DNA of 37,539 nt from Octopus bimaculoides (taxonomy: Eukaryota). Each line of letters begins with the position of its first letter. Position 1 is the stretch's first letter. A program made the position numbers and the translations under genes. Where the stretch lies: contig NC_068983.1 in NCBI RefSeq assembly GCF_001194135.2, positions 53,695,441 to 53,732,979 of the forward strand. The letters are read 5' to 3'. Of this stretch, positions 1-12,914 are shown piece by piece. The notes below the pieces were generated by a model. It searched no databases. It was not told the DNA's origin and saw nothing but the letters and a program-made list of their open reading frames with translations.

Positions 1-32
<32 letters not shown>

Positions 33-264
33 TGTATGTATGTATATATCCAAGCTGCAACAATTGTTTCTGTGCACATTTTAAGGTTATTATGTAGATG
101 ACATTATATACATGCATAAACACATACGCACACATATATAGGTGAAATAAGCATCAGAGATGCTTTGTCCAATGTAGAAACTGCAAGAGCTATTCAGAAG
201 TTTTATTTATATATATGTGTGTGTGTATATATATATATACATGCATACATACATACATATATAT

Positions 265-667
265 ATTCTTTTATTCTTTCAGTTGTTTCAGTCACTTGAC
301 TGTGGCCATGCTGGAGTGCCACCTTTAGTCGAACGAATTGACCCCAGGTCTTATTCTTTGTAAGCCTAGTACTTATTCTATCAGTCTCCTTTGCCGAACT
401 GCTATGTTATGGGGATGTAAACATACGAACATTAGTTGTCAAGCGATAGTGGGGGCACAAACACAGACACACAAACATGTACATATACATATATATATAT
501 ATATATGACAGGCTTCTTTCAGTTTCCGTTTACCAAATTTACTCACAAAGCTTTGGTCGGACTGAGGCAATAGCAGAAGACACCTGCCCAAGGTGCCTTG
601 CAGTGAGATTGAACCTGGAACCATGTGGCTGGTAAGCAAGCTACTTACCACACAGCCACACCTGCAC
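265..667 (-). mobile_element. tRNA-derived SINE (family A), full length, with internal TA/TG microsatellite
   Basis: Minus-strand head ggtgtggctgtgtggtaag...ggttcaatctc, body caccttgggcaggtgtcttc, A-rich tail aaagaataaaagaata; further copies listed separately. Confidence 0.88.
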
Positions 668-1567
668 TGGTACTCATAATTGATGGATAAAGTGGGCTAA
701 GAACATCCAGTGTGGAGATGAATTTGGATCCGATGTATATGGAAATATTGATAAACCTTTCTCTATTTATAGCTAATGTGGATAGAAATAGCTATGACTA
801 CAGATGAATCATTCTCCCCATTATTAGATGCAAACAATGATAAATCTTACATTTTAAGCAATGAAGTTAATTGGCTGAATAATTATAATCCTATCAACAA
901 CAGTTCATCTCAGATGCTTTAGACATTTGATATAAAATATAAATTATGAAAATTTTGTAAAAATATCTTCAAATGGATTTCATTAGGAAATACTGATGTA
1001 AAACAGTCTGGAAATAGAAGTGGAAGTCACTAATTATGTTAGTGTTTAATCTTTTTGTTATTATTATTATTTGTTTTTGTTTTTGTGTTGTTTTTTGTTT
1101 TCAGTTGATGGCAAAGAAACAAAAATGGAACTTTTTTAAAAATTGCTTATTTACAAACGATGTATTTTTATGATTGGATAAATATGATATTTAAAACTTT
1201 GGTGGAAACAAAAGAAAAATAATAATAATTTTTTCATTACAATACAAATACACTCCTTACACATTCACACATACACACACATACACACACATTTGCATAT
1301 ACATATGCACATGCCTGCACAAGTACAGACACATATACACACATATATCTCAAAGTTCACTGACTAAGTGCGAATCACTCAAAACACTGATAAATAAATT
1401 TCCTAATAAATATAAACTTTACATCATGAACTGAGTACACTTTCTTTTGTGTAAAATACTTATAAACATTTTTCGCATGTTTTTATGTAATTTGATATAT
1501 ATGTATCTGTGTGTGTGTGTGCACGCGTGCATGTGTGTGCATGTATTTATACATATGTGTATGCAAG

Positions 1568-1606
<39 letters not shown>

Positions 1607-1639
1607 AAATATATCTATCTATCTATCTATAAATATATA

Positions 1640-1924
1640 TCATCATCGTCATTGTTGTTTAACGTCCATTTTCCATGCTGGCATGGGTTGGACGGTTTGA
1701 CTGAGAGCTGGCAAGCTAGAAGGCTACACCAGGCTCCAATCCAATCTGGCAATGTTTCTACAGCTGGATGCCCTTCCTAATGCCAACCACTCTGACAGTG
1801 TAGTGGATGCTTTTTACGTGCCACTAGCATGCGAGCCAGTCAGGCAGCACTTGCAATGATCATGCTCAAATGGTGCTTTTTACGTACCACCGGCATGGGT
1901 GCCAATCAGGCAATACTGTCATCA

Positions 1925-1927
<3 letters not shown>
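1640..1927 (-). mobile_element. Family-B retroposon (non-autonomous, (GAT)n tail; possibly RTE-related)
   Basis: Core agtggttggc(a/g)ttaggaagggcatccagctgtagaaac and 3' end ccaacccatgc(t/c)agcatggaaa...acgttaaac(gat)n on the minus strand; RTE link is from recalled similarity only. Confidence 0.8.
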
Positions 1928-1960
<33 letters not shown>

Positions 1961-1996
1961 TATATATGTATATATATACATACATACATACATATA

Positions 1997-2485
1997 CAGG
2001 ATGTGATGGGTAAATTGTTGCCTTTTTATATTCTTAATTTCGCACATGGCCATTGTTTGTTTTTTATTTTGCTGACTACACAGTATAGTAGGGTCAGCTG
2101 GACACCATCTATGAGAAAAACAAAAATTCACTCTGCCAGAAGTTTGGGAATGACATGCTGTACTGCTTGGTATTCACACCAGTTGCTCCAATATGAACAA
2201 TTTCAGTCTTTGGGTGTCAATCTGAGGACATGTACAGAGAGTAATAAATATCAAACATCCAGTCAACATCATGGTGTTTGGAATGATCACTAGTGATCGT
2301 GACATTATGTCGCCATTCATCTTCCCATATGGCCTCAGACTCAACACAGAGGCCTACATCAAGTGTCTGGAGGAGGTAGTGTTGGCCTGGGTCAAGACAA
2401 TGGCTGCTAGAAGAGCGTATGACTGGCAACAGGACTCTGCACCATGTCACACAAGCAGGAGAATCCAGTCATGGCTTTTCATACA
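1997..2485 (+). mobile_element. Tc1/mariner-superfamily (maT-like) transposon remnant with internally deleted transposase
   Basis: Begins TA|CAGGATGTG; peptide KHPVNIMVFGMITSDRDIMSPFIFPYGLRLNTEAYIKCLEEVVLAWVKTMAARRAYDWQQDSAPCHTSRRIQSWL contains the QQD-x-AP-x-H second catalytic Asp motif; no right end seen. Confidence 0.85.
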
Positions 2486-2489
2486 AATG

Positions 2490-2640
2490 ATTGCATGATT
2501 GTGGTTTTGATTTCTGGACTAGGTGATGTGTTGTGTCCTTCAGCAAAACTCTTCATTTTATATCCAGTCCACTCAGCATGTAAAATTGAGTAATCCTGCA
2601 ATAGACCAGTGTCCCATCGAGGAAGAGGAGGATTTATATG
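2490..2640 (+). mobile_element. Degenerate family-E SINE fragment
   Basis: ttgtggttttgatttctggactagg...tgtgtccttcagcaaaactcttcatttt...ccagtccactcagc resembles the reverse complement of 22146-22404. Confidence 0.6.
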
Positions 2641-3352
2641 TTACAGAATCTTGGAAACAAAGTGTTGTGACTCTATGGCTCAGAAAGGACCTTTGATCCT
2701 TTTCTTGAGATACATACGTGTTTTTCTGTGTGCGGGTGCATGAGTGTGTATACATCTTCACAAACACATACATACGCGCGCACACACGCACACACACACA
2801 TGCACACACATGAGTGTATGAATGTGTGTACATGTGTGTAAGCCTTAGTGATTAATGATTAGAGGAATGCTGAACTGAAGAGCAAGATTAAAGCAAATTA
2901 ACTAACATAAACAGCATCCGGAATAAGTAACTGTGAGAATTTTCCTTCAAAAATATACAAATCACATAACTTTGAGAGTTCCAGACGAGCTTGGTTTCAC
3001 AAAAAGATTGTGGAAAATAGGTTAGAGGTAATCTGATAGACCTATTGTTCCTAACTGAATATAACCAGTCTGTCGGTTGGTTTGATATAATGCCGTTAAA
3101 GATGGAGTTGCATCAAAGCACCATACAAGTTATTTTCAGATAAGAATATTAAGCTTGTCTGGTGAACCGTGACCTACCTTCTACAATTTTTTCTTGTAGC
3201 CAGTCCTTTCAGAAACACCCAAGAAATCCCAAAGTTACATGAAGCATAAACATTTATAAAACCTCCCACATCAACCCAATATTGCTGTCTCATACATTTT
3301 TTGAGATCACCCAGCCTCTTTTCTGCTTAACAATTTATAAACAACTGGTATG

Positions 3353-3402
<50 letters not shown>

Positions 3403-3589
3403 GAGGGATGTGTGTATGTGTGCATTCATAGTTTTGAGCATCTACTGTAAATATATTAAAAACAAGACTTTCCCACACGTCTGGATATGAACAAACAGAA
3501 GACTTCTAACAATACCACAAACAATTTGAAGAGGGAAGATAGCTGTCACTTGCTATTTAGCAATGATAATAATGGAAGCTCTGAATGAG

Positions 3590-3595
<6 letters not shown>

Positions 3596-3662
<67 letters not shown>
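3596..3662. repeat. (TG)n microsatellite; other dinucleotide tracts at 7403-7470, 20245-20306 and many (TA)n runs
   Basis: Direct reading. Confidence 0.95.
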
Positions 3663-3787
3663 NNNNNNNNNNATATATATATATACATACATATATTTAT
3701 ATATATATATATATATAACTACATATGTATACATATATAAACATATATACATACACACACACACACACACACATATATACACACAAA

Positions 3788-4205
3788 TCATCATCATCGT
3801 TTAACATCTGCTTTCCATGCTAGCATGGGTTGGATGGTTTTTAACTGAGGACTGGCAAGCCAGCTGAGTTCCTTTCGAGTGTTGGGCCTGACAGAGGCTA
3901 GGTGGCTGAGTTCTTTCAAGCATTGGACTTCATAGAAGCAAAGTGGCCAAGTTCCTTTCGTGTGTTGGCCCTCACGGAGGCAATGACCAAGACCTTTGGC
4001 ATTATGTCATGCTTGAGATGAAGACCCATCAAGCTGAACAAAATCGCAATCATGGCAAATACCGGTGTCACGCAAATGGCACCTGTGCCGGTGGCATGTA
4101 AAAGCGCCCATTACACTCTCGGAGTGGTTGGTGTTAGGAAGGGCATCCAGCCATCGAAAACCATGCCACATCAGACTGGAGCCTGTCTAACCCATGCCAG
4201 CATGT
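3788..4205. mobile_element. Two family-B pieces in opposite orientation (3788-3865 minus, 3866-4205 plus)
   Basis: Left (CAT)n-gtttaacatctgctttccatgctagcatgggttgga; right ggagtggttggtgttaggaagggcatccagc...tctaacccatgccagcatg. Confidence 0.75.
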
Positions 4206-4245
4206 AGTTGCATATCTAGACATGCTAATATATTTAAATGATAAC

Positions 4246-4277
<32 letters not shown>

Positions 4278-5882
4278 TTATTAAATTTAATTCAAGACTT
4301 CTTGAAATAGAGAAAAATTCAGTTTCTAACCTAGATCCAAGGCTCCTTCGTCGGAATTTCAACATCAACAACAGGGTATTTTTTGTTTGTGTGTATGTAT
4401 GTGCAGATTTGTATAATTTATGTATGTGTGTGCAGATGTGTATGTTTTATGTATGTATGTATGTATGTATGTATGTTATCAATCAGTTTCATTTCTGTAT
4501 TTCTTATCCTTAGAGAAAGAGCCGGACTCTAACATAGATTCAAGGCTCCTTCATTGGAACTTTTATCAACATCATCTAGGTATTTGTGCATATGTGTGTG
4601 TGTGCAGTATTTGGTGTTAGTGTATGCGCAGATTTGTATGTTTGTTTTATGGATGCGTTTTTAAGTCTAGATGCATGCATATGTATTTATGTGCTAAATT
4701 TTTGGAATATGTATGTATGTATGTATGTACATATGTATGTACGTACGTATGTATATATGTATGTATGTACATATGTATGTATGTACGTACGTATGTATGT
4801 ATGTATGTATGTATGTACATATGTATGTATGTATGTATGTATGTATTAATAAGAAAATAAGCAAATTCAGAGAACATAACTAATGAGAGTGCTGCCAAAC
4901 AATAGTTTCTACTCTTAAGAATGCCAAAGTGAACAACTGGTCATTATATACACATGGAAGATTATTTTAAAGATGAAATTCGAAACTTTGGTATACAGGA
5001 GAGACCAAAATGAAACTCCCTTTCTCACATAAGGAACCTGTACAACAACAATTTGGCATGTGAAGGTCTTTGGTTGTACAACCAGCACCCCAAACAGATT
5101 ACAAAAGCTGACTAAAGTTTTCCCTGAGATTTTTAAATGAGTGTATTTCTCCCTAACATACCAAACCAACCATCTGTAAAAGGCCAGCTTGAGATGATAC
5201 GTAGTCTAAAGAACCCAACAAAAGCATTGCACTCCTTGGTATACACAGACAAGATAAAAAGAAGAAAAAGAAAAAAATTCAGTTTTGAAGGTAGTATTTT
5301 CACATGTCACTGGTTGGTGTGCATGTGTGTGTGTGTGTGTGTGTGAATTCAAATGCATATTAGTAGATGTGAAATAACTGTATGTATAAATATATATATA
5401 TGTATATATATATATTGTTTTTTTTGTTGTTGTGTCTGGGGAGAGTCATATTGTCTTAATGCCTTATTTTCTAACACACTCACTGGTTCAATTTCCACTC
5501 ATTTATTATTTATATATTATTTTCTTTCAAAATTTTCGTTACTTTTGCAACGTTATCAATGGAAGTTGACTCTGTTATTTATTTCAACATGCAAATTCAC
5601 ATAAAAGAATCTCGCAAATCAGATACAAAAACGAAGTATATACATATAAATACATACATACATACAAGAGTATATGTGTCTGTCTGTTTTTTTAGGATGG
5701 TGTGTATCGTTGTATGGAAACAAAAGAGGAACAGTGTACTCTGTACATAATGCAGATTTAACTTTTTTTGCAAGTGTCAGAAGTGTACCTCTATCATGAT
5801 ACATCATTGCTTCATTTGAATAATAGTTAAGTGTAAAACTCAGAGCAATGGACAGTGAAACCTCAAATTCCTGAGGACACGG

Positions 5883-5913
<31 letters not shown>

Positions 5914-6072
5914 GATATGACAATGGGAAGACGATTTGGTTAAGCAATTTGGATCAAAACAGAAGAGAATGGTGCAATCAAGGCAGAATTGGAAGCACAT
6001 TGTGACCAGTGGTGTATAACGCCATCTGTTGGTCTGATCAATAAATATATATATATACCGCCATCATCATCA

Positions 6073-6190
<118 letters not shown>

Positions 6191-6702
6191 CATATATATA
6201 CACACATATATATATACATATATACATGCATGTATACATACATACATACATACACACACATTCATACATACATGCACACACACATATATACATACACACA
6301 TATGTAAAGAGATGGGTGTATAGATACATACACATACAAACTTAAAACCACACCATATTTAACATGAACTAACCCCGGCTTGAAGAGTCTGTGAAGAGTC
6401 TTGAGTACAGCCATTGCTTTAAGACCAAGCAATAAAAAAAAAAATAACAATAATGATAATAATGATAATGATAATAAAAACAGCATTAATTAAGATAAAT
6501 TATCAAGCATGCGCAATGCTTATATATAATGAGGCATGTCAAAAAGGGAATGATAAAATTTGCACATTATAGTTGTATTAAGTCATACATACATTTGTAC
6601 ATACATGCATGCCAGCATATTATATACATGTATACATACAATCATACATACATATTCCAACAGACAGAGCCACAAATGACAGCAGATCTATTGTCATAGA
6701 TA

Positions 6703-6942
6703 TCAAACGGTGGATTCATATGATACTTTTGAAGCTATAGTTCTAATTGAAATGTCATCAGAAAACGATGTTGTCTTGATGCTGTCTTTGCCAGAGTCCA
6801 CTGAACTGATGGAGTGGGATGGAGTCTTCAAAATGCCAGGACGAGAATTTGGTGTCTTTGAATAGGAACCGAACTGATTGTGGCTGGCATATCTACCTGA
6901 TATTGTTTGTACCTGGCATTGATCTTCTTGAGAATTGCTAGA
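6703..6942 (-). CDS. SLC5A8-like: Probable terminal SLC5 exon (79 aa plus stop): SSNSQEDQCQVQTISGRYASHNQFGSYSKTPNSRPGILKTPSHSISSVDSGKDSIKTTSFSDDISIRTIASKVSYESTV*
   Basis: Polypyrimidine acceptor ttttctttccttgatatag|, phase 0 matching the 18116 donor, 240-nt open frame, TGA at 6705-6703, class I PDZ-type end ESTV. Linkage across an 11-kb intron is inferred, not shown by transcript data. Confidence 0.75.
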   Translation of the reverse strand, partial: SSNSQEDQCQVQTISGRYASHNQFGSYSKTPNSRPGILKTPSHSISSVDSGKDSIKTTSFSDDISIRTIASKVSYESTV

Positions 6943-7398
6943 CTATATCAAGGAAAGAAAAATATATTCAAAAACAGTGCAAAATAAAATTAGCTATTAA
7001 TTAGTATTGTTATGATTTTAATGAATTCCTGATTCTATCATATCTATGGAATAATATGAAGAGTCAGGATGATATTATAGTCACAAGATTATAGGGAATT
7101 AGAGTAAAAATAAATGTAACAAACAAAAATGCTTTTGATGTAAGTAAAAAAAAGTGAATTTAGGAGAAAATAAAATTCCAGTTATATTTGCATAAATTTC
7201 AAGTACATTAATGCAAATAAAAAAAAACAAAGAACAAAACAAAGATGACACTATATAACATTCTTTCAAGACACAAGATATTTTCAAATTTGTTTTTTTC
7301 AACCACATAGAGCCATTGCAAGAATCTCAGTAAAAATAAATATATTTATGACAGTAAGATTATACATATTCATAAACAGCTTTTTTTACAGTGAAGAT

Positions 7399-7464
<66 letters not shown>

Positions 7465-7923
7465 GACACACACTATTACAAAAACAATTAAATTTACAAA
7501 GAACCCACTCAGCAATAAAACAGTTCTTAATTTTTTTTTTTTTTTCTTTTGACTATTCCTCTGATAGCATTCAGTGAGACCTCATTAACTGGATACATAG
7601 CCATCGATGATCTACAGTGAACTGATGAGAAAGTTACAGTTGTTCCATTTTGGATAATGATTATAGATTTTTGGAAATTGGAGCATTTGGCAAAACCACT
7701 AACTGCCTTAGTATCAATACTGAGAAGCTGAGATTAAGAAAACCAGAAAGAACATGCCTGCTCAGAAGATCAAAGGTATAAATTGTCAAAGGTACAAGCA
7801 AAATATATAAAACATTCAGAAAGTTCAGTTTGTAATAACATCCACACATGCAATGCCATGGAGGCCTGAGCCAATGTGTACATGTGCACATATGTATGTG
7901 CATACATATGTACATACATGTAG

Positions 7924-7962
<39 letters not shown>

Positions 7963-8766
7963 CATGTGAGAAGGGATGACCACTAAGTGGACATCCTTTA
8001 CTCTAGAAAGCAAGAACATTCTTTTCTTTTGTGGTTTGACCGTTGATGGTCGATTTCTAGCATAATGGATGTCCACTTAATAGTCATCCCTTCTCACATG
8101 TATGTAATATAATTTTTCTGAATTTTCAGAATTTTCTTTATGCTAGGCCACTGGTTTTAAATTGGTCTTAATTAAATTAATATCCAATTTATCACTCTTA
8201 TTATTTAAATTACATATATATATATATATATAGGAGAATATACGAAAAAACAACAACAGACGAGGACAGGTGGTGTAAAGTCTACTTGCCAACGTAATGT
8301 CACAGTCCTGCACAGGACAATGTTACCACTGTCGCTGCTGCTGCCACCAGAAAAATATCTTTTCCAGCTGGCTACTGATATATGCTCTGTGTCTGTATAT
8401 TGTAAGCAAGGGAGTCTACTGCCTCTTTACTAGCTGAAGCAATACCTGCAGACCAATGGTTTCTGGGTGATTTCCCTTTTTTGGTACAGGACAATCGCTG
8501 GCTAGAGATGGTAGGTACTCGACCTTGCTCAAAGTATATACTTTTAAAGCAACACACAGTTGCTGATCTCATAAGTAGAAAAACAACTGATTTTAAATCT
8601 CTGAATGGGAAATGTGTAATAACTGTACCAAACAGTAAAGCCTATTTGCCAATGTAACTTGGTAGTCCTACGCAGGATGATGCTACTACTTTTTAGCCCC
8701 AGGAAAACATCTTTTCCAGCAGGCTACTAACACATGATCTGTGTCTGTATACTGTGAGCTGGTGAG

Positions 8767-9232
8767 TATACATACATACATATATACATACATACATACA
8801 TACAAACATACATGCATACATATATACATACATAGATACATACGTACATACATACATATGCACATACATATGCACATACATACATATGTACATACACACA
8901 TACATACGTACATACATACATATGTACATACATACGTACATACATACATGCATCCATACAGGCATACATACATTCATACATACATACAGGCATACATACA
9001 TGCATACATATATACATACATACATATATACATACATAATACATACATATATATGTATGTGCATACATACATATGCACATACATATATACATACATACAC
9101 ACATACATACATACGTACGTACATACATGCATACATACATATGTACATACATACGTACATACATACATGTATACATACAGGCATACATACATAAATACAT
9201 ACATGCATACATACAAACAAACAAACAAACAA
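8767..9232. repeat. (TACA)n-type compound microsatellite; similar tracts at 4240-4275, 4710-4845, 6060-6340, 10925-11200
   Basis: Direct reading; source of the HTYI/YVCM pseudo-ORFs. Confidence 0.95.
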
Positions 9233-9390
9233 ACAACACTACCCAGCTTGATTTTTTTCTAAATTCCAATGAAAAATTCTTTCTTTGCACAGATAGAAAC
9301 TAACCAACTCTTTCTCTATGGGTGATAAATAAAATACAAAAAAATAAAACCAGCAAAACATACATACATACATCTGTACAAATCGTATCA

Positions 9391-9600
9391 GGATAATTAC
9401 CCCCCACCCCGCCCAGGGCAATTACCCTCTCATAGGACAATTCCGCACCCGCTAACAACTACCCTGTAGGACTATTACCCCCTTTGGTTAATTACCCCCT
9501 CTCAAATATATTAAGAAGTTTTAAATCATCATCAGTTGTACTCAGGGTAATTGGCCTTGGGTGGGGTGGTTATTGTCCATGGGTAGGGGTAAATGTCCTA
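9391..9600. repeat. Imperfect inverted-repeat element built from GGACAATTACCC-like units
   Basis: 9391-9428 ggataattaccccccaccccgcccagggcaattaccct versus reverse complement of 9544-9578 ggacaataaccaccccacccaaggccaattaccct. Confidence 0.7.
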
Positions 9601-10026
9601 GACTCATACAAATATATATACATCTGTTTGTACATGAATGGACACACACAAATATAACTAACTGTCTGAGTACCAATCTTAAGAATTTAAACTCCACAAA
9701 ACCAGAAGGAATGTAACCAATTAAGAAATTACACATCATTAAAAGAACTGTAAGAATATGTGAAATATTCCAGTTATAGTATGTAGACACAAGTATACAA
9801 ACAGATGTATATATACACATATATATGTCAAAACTTACACATTATACTGTCAATGACAGTTGCCCATACATATATACATACATAAATACATAAATACATA
9901 CACATACAAACATCTACATATATGTACATATATATATACACAAATATACAAACAAATATATGCACATATACATAAGTCAAATCATACACGCTACATTGTT
10001 AATGAAATGTATATATAAATATATCA

Positions 10027-10290
10027 CCATCATCATCATTATTGTTCAATGTCTGCTTCCCATGCTGGCATGGGTTGGATGGTTTGACTGAGGACTGGCA
10101 AGCAAGGAGGTTGCGCCAGGCCCCAATCTGATCTGGTAAGGTTTCTACAGCTGGATGCCCTTCCTAATGCCAACCACTTTGAGAGTGTAGTGGGTGCTTT
10201 TTATGTGCCACCGACACGGGGGCCAGTCAGGTAGCACTGGTATCAACCACACTCGAATGGTGCTTTTTATGTGCCATCGGCACTGGCATA
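10027..10290 (-). mobile_element. Family-B retroposon
   Basis: Same core and tail as 1640-1927. Confidence 0.8.
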
Positions 10291-10560
10291 CATACATACA
10301 TACATATATATATATACATATATATATATATNNNNNNNNNNNNNNNNNNNNNNNNNNNNNNNNNNNNNNNNNNNNNNNNNATATATGCATACATATATAC
10401 ACATACATATATACATATATATATCTACACATATGTGAACAATAACTCACTCATTAATTCCTTGAATCCTCCTGGCAAGCAAAAGATTTGACCAAATTTT
10501 GTTCACTATAAATTCTACAAACAAAAAATAAATCTCAAAGAAACACTCTCTCTCACACGC

Positions 10561-10599
<39 letters not shown>

Positions 10600-11246
10600 C
10601 AGGTACATTCATACATCTCACCTTCTTTGTGCTATAAAACCATGATAAAAACCTATGAACTTTTTGTATGTATATGTATATATGTAGGTATATATGCATG
10701 CATGTAAGTACTTTTGTATGTATTTCTGATATTCATGTTTTATTGCTGTTTTATAGTTATGTGTCATGGCAGTATGTGTGTAAGCATACATACATGTATA
10801 CATATATATATAAGTATATATATACATGTGTGTGTGGGTGTATATATACACACTCATACACTGCATTCAGTTGTGACATGTAGTTATAAAAGTAACAATA
10901 AAACCATGAATTTCAACAAAGAGAAACATACATATACACACACATACATAGACAAACACACATACATACATACATACGCACACATACATACACACACATA
11001 CATACACACATACATACATAATACACACACACTTTCATACATACATAAATACACACACACATACATACATACATAGACAAACACACACACATACATACAT
11101 ACATAGACAAACACACACACATACATACATACATACATACATACATACATACATAAATACATACATACATACATACATACATACATACACACACACTCAC
11201 ACATATGGTGTTAATGATGATGAAGACACTGACTACAAGAAAACCA

Positions 11247-11278
<32 letters not shown>

Positions 11279-12019
11279 ACCTATATTCATATAAATATAC
11301 ACTTTGGTTGAGAAGTTCAATTTACAGTGTTGTAGTTTTGTTCAAGTTTGACCTCTCAGCATGGTTACCTTGAGCAAGTATATCTCTATAGAGATAAACA
11401 CAAAAGAGAAAGTCACCAGATTCTGTTGCACCTTTCTCCATGGAAGCCAGCCAGACATTAAACGATGATGATGATGATGGTGTGTGTCTGTGTATGTGTT
11501 TGTATGTACACATGTGTGTGTGTGTTTTCTCTTAGTCTTCACATCAGCACCACTTGGGCAGCAGTGACATTTATTTATATCTCACATAAGCAATATGTTC
11601 AGAAGTTTGACAGTTCAATGTGCAAAGACATGGAATAAAGTAACTTCATTGTAAATAGATAAATATTAAAAAAAACGACTCAGGAAGGGTACCTATCAAT
11701 AGAATAGAATCATGAGAAGTCTTACCCAACCCATGATAAGTAAGAAAATGTGAACTTAAAAATGATGTTAACATACATATATGTGTACTCAAACATTCAT
11801 ACATATATGCATCAGTACATGATTTAGGGGACACCACCCTCTCATTCCACCTCTATAAAGATTGGTGAGTATGGGAACTGCTGCAGTGGTAGTGTCACAG
11901 AAAATGAACCTCAAACACACTGAAAAGTGTTTCGCAATAAACAGAAAAAGCATTGGGTCATGTGGTCCCTATAGTCCTACACTGTCAAGGACTGTTCAAC
12001 CTTTCAAGTTTGAGTGCGA

Positions 12020-12340
12020 AGAGAAAATGCACCCAGTACATTCTGTTTCTGTAAAGTGGTGAGTGATAGGAAGGGCATCCAGCTGTAGAAACCAAGCTAA
12101 GGGACATGTATGAAGACCTGTCTGTCAGAGTCGTGGTGCCTAGTTACAAATTACTAGGGCTATGACGACCAACTCAGCTCATGCTAGCATGGAAAGAAGT
12201 CATAAAAATAATTATGATGATGATGGTGATTATGACAACGATGATGGTGATGATGATGATGGTGGTGGTGGTGGTGGTGGTGGCGGCGGCGGCAGCAGTG
12301 GTGATGGTGATGATGATGATGATGATGATGATGATATACA
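12020..12340 (+). mobile_element. Family-B retroposon, degenerate, with expanded (GAT/GGT)n tail
   Basis: gataggaagggcatccagctgtagaaacc...catgctagcatggaaag then (GAT)n. Confidence 0.65.
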
Positions 12341-12914
12341 TATTTGTTAACATCCAGACATGAATACATATGTACATGGATACATATGTACATACGCATA
12401 TATAATACATATATACATGCATATAAACTGAAGAGGCCATTAAATTTCATGCTAAATATCTCTCTATATTACACTCTATTATATTGTAAGTAGTATTATA
12501 TTTTTATAGTTAAAAGTGTCATGGAGCAGAGAGTAAACTCCTGTTAAACTGTAGTTTATAAACTGGTTCTCATACCTGTTTTTATCCCTTTCATATACAA
12601 AAACTCGCTCATTCTTTTCATACAAGTTTTTATTTTTTCTATAAAATATAGCTGAAGCTTCGCACCTATTAACCATCTCCGTCTCCATCTCCTCCACTTC
12701 ATCATTTTAACATTCAGTTTACTAAGTTTAGATGGGACAGATGGAATTTGATGAAGATTTTCTAAGGTCAGATGCCCTTCCTGTTCCTGTTACCAACCAT
12801 CATTTGTTTCAAAGCAAGGAAATACTTTCCCATGGCTGGACATGCGTTCATGGGAAATTGGAAATGAAGAACACTGCTTTTACAAAGGTAACAGTTATTT
12901 ACAATGTTCAAATA

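Noticed and set aside
4860-5300. Unique-looking stretch with 69-84-aa ORFs on both strands
   Set aside because: No motif or convincing splice signals; more likely 3' UTR or intergenic. Several AATAAA candidates (e.g. 5502-5507, 5578-5583 on the minus strand) exist but none can be singled out.
8686-9303. Long ORFs of YVCM/HTYI/IYIY type here and at 3546-3804, 4586-4898, 5989-6345, 10618-11320, 36895-37492
   Set aside because: Translations of TACA, TA and TG microsatellites, which lack stop codons in most frames.
12181-12450. Poly-His/Asp/Met/Asn ORFs (also 13580-14070, 20887-21142, 30454-30741)
   Set aside because: Trinucleotide microsatellites, mostly retroposon tails.
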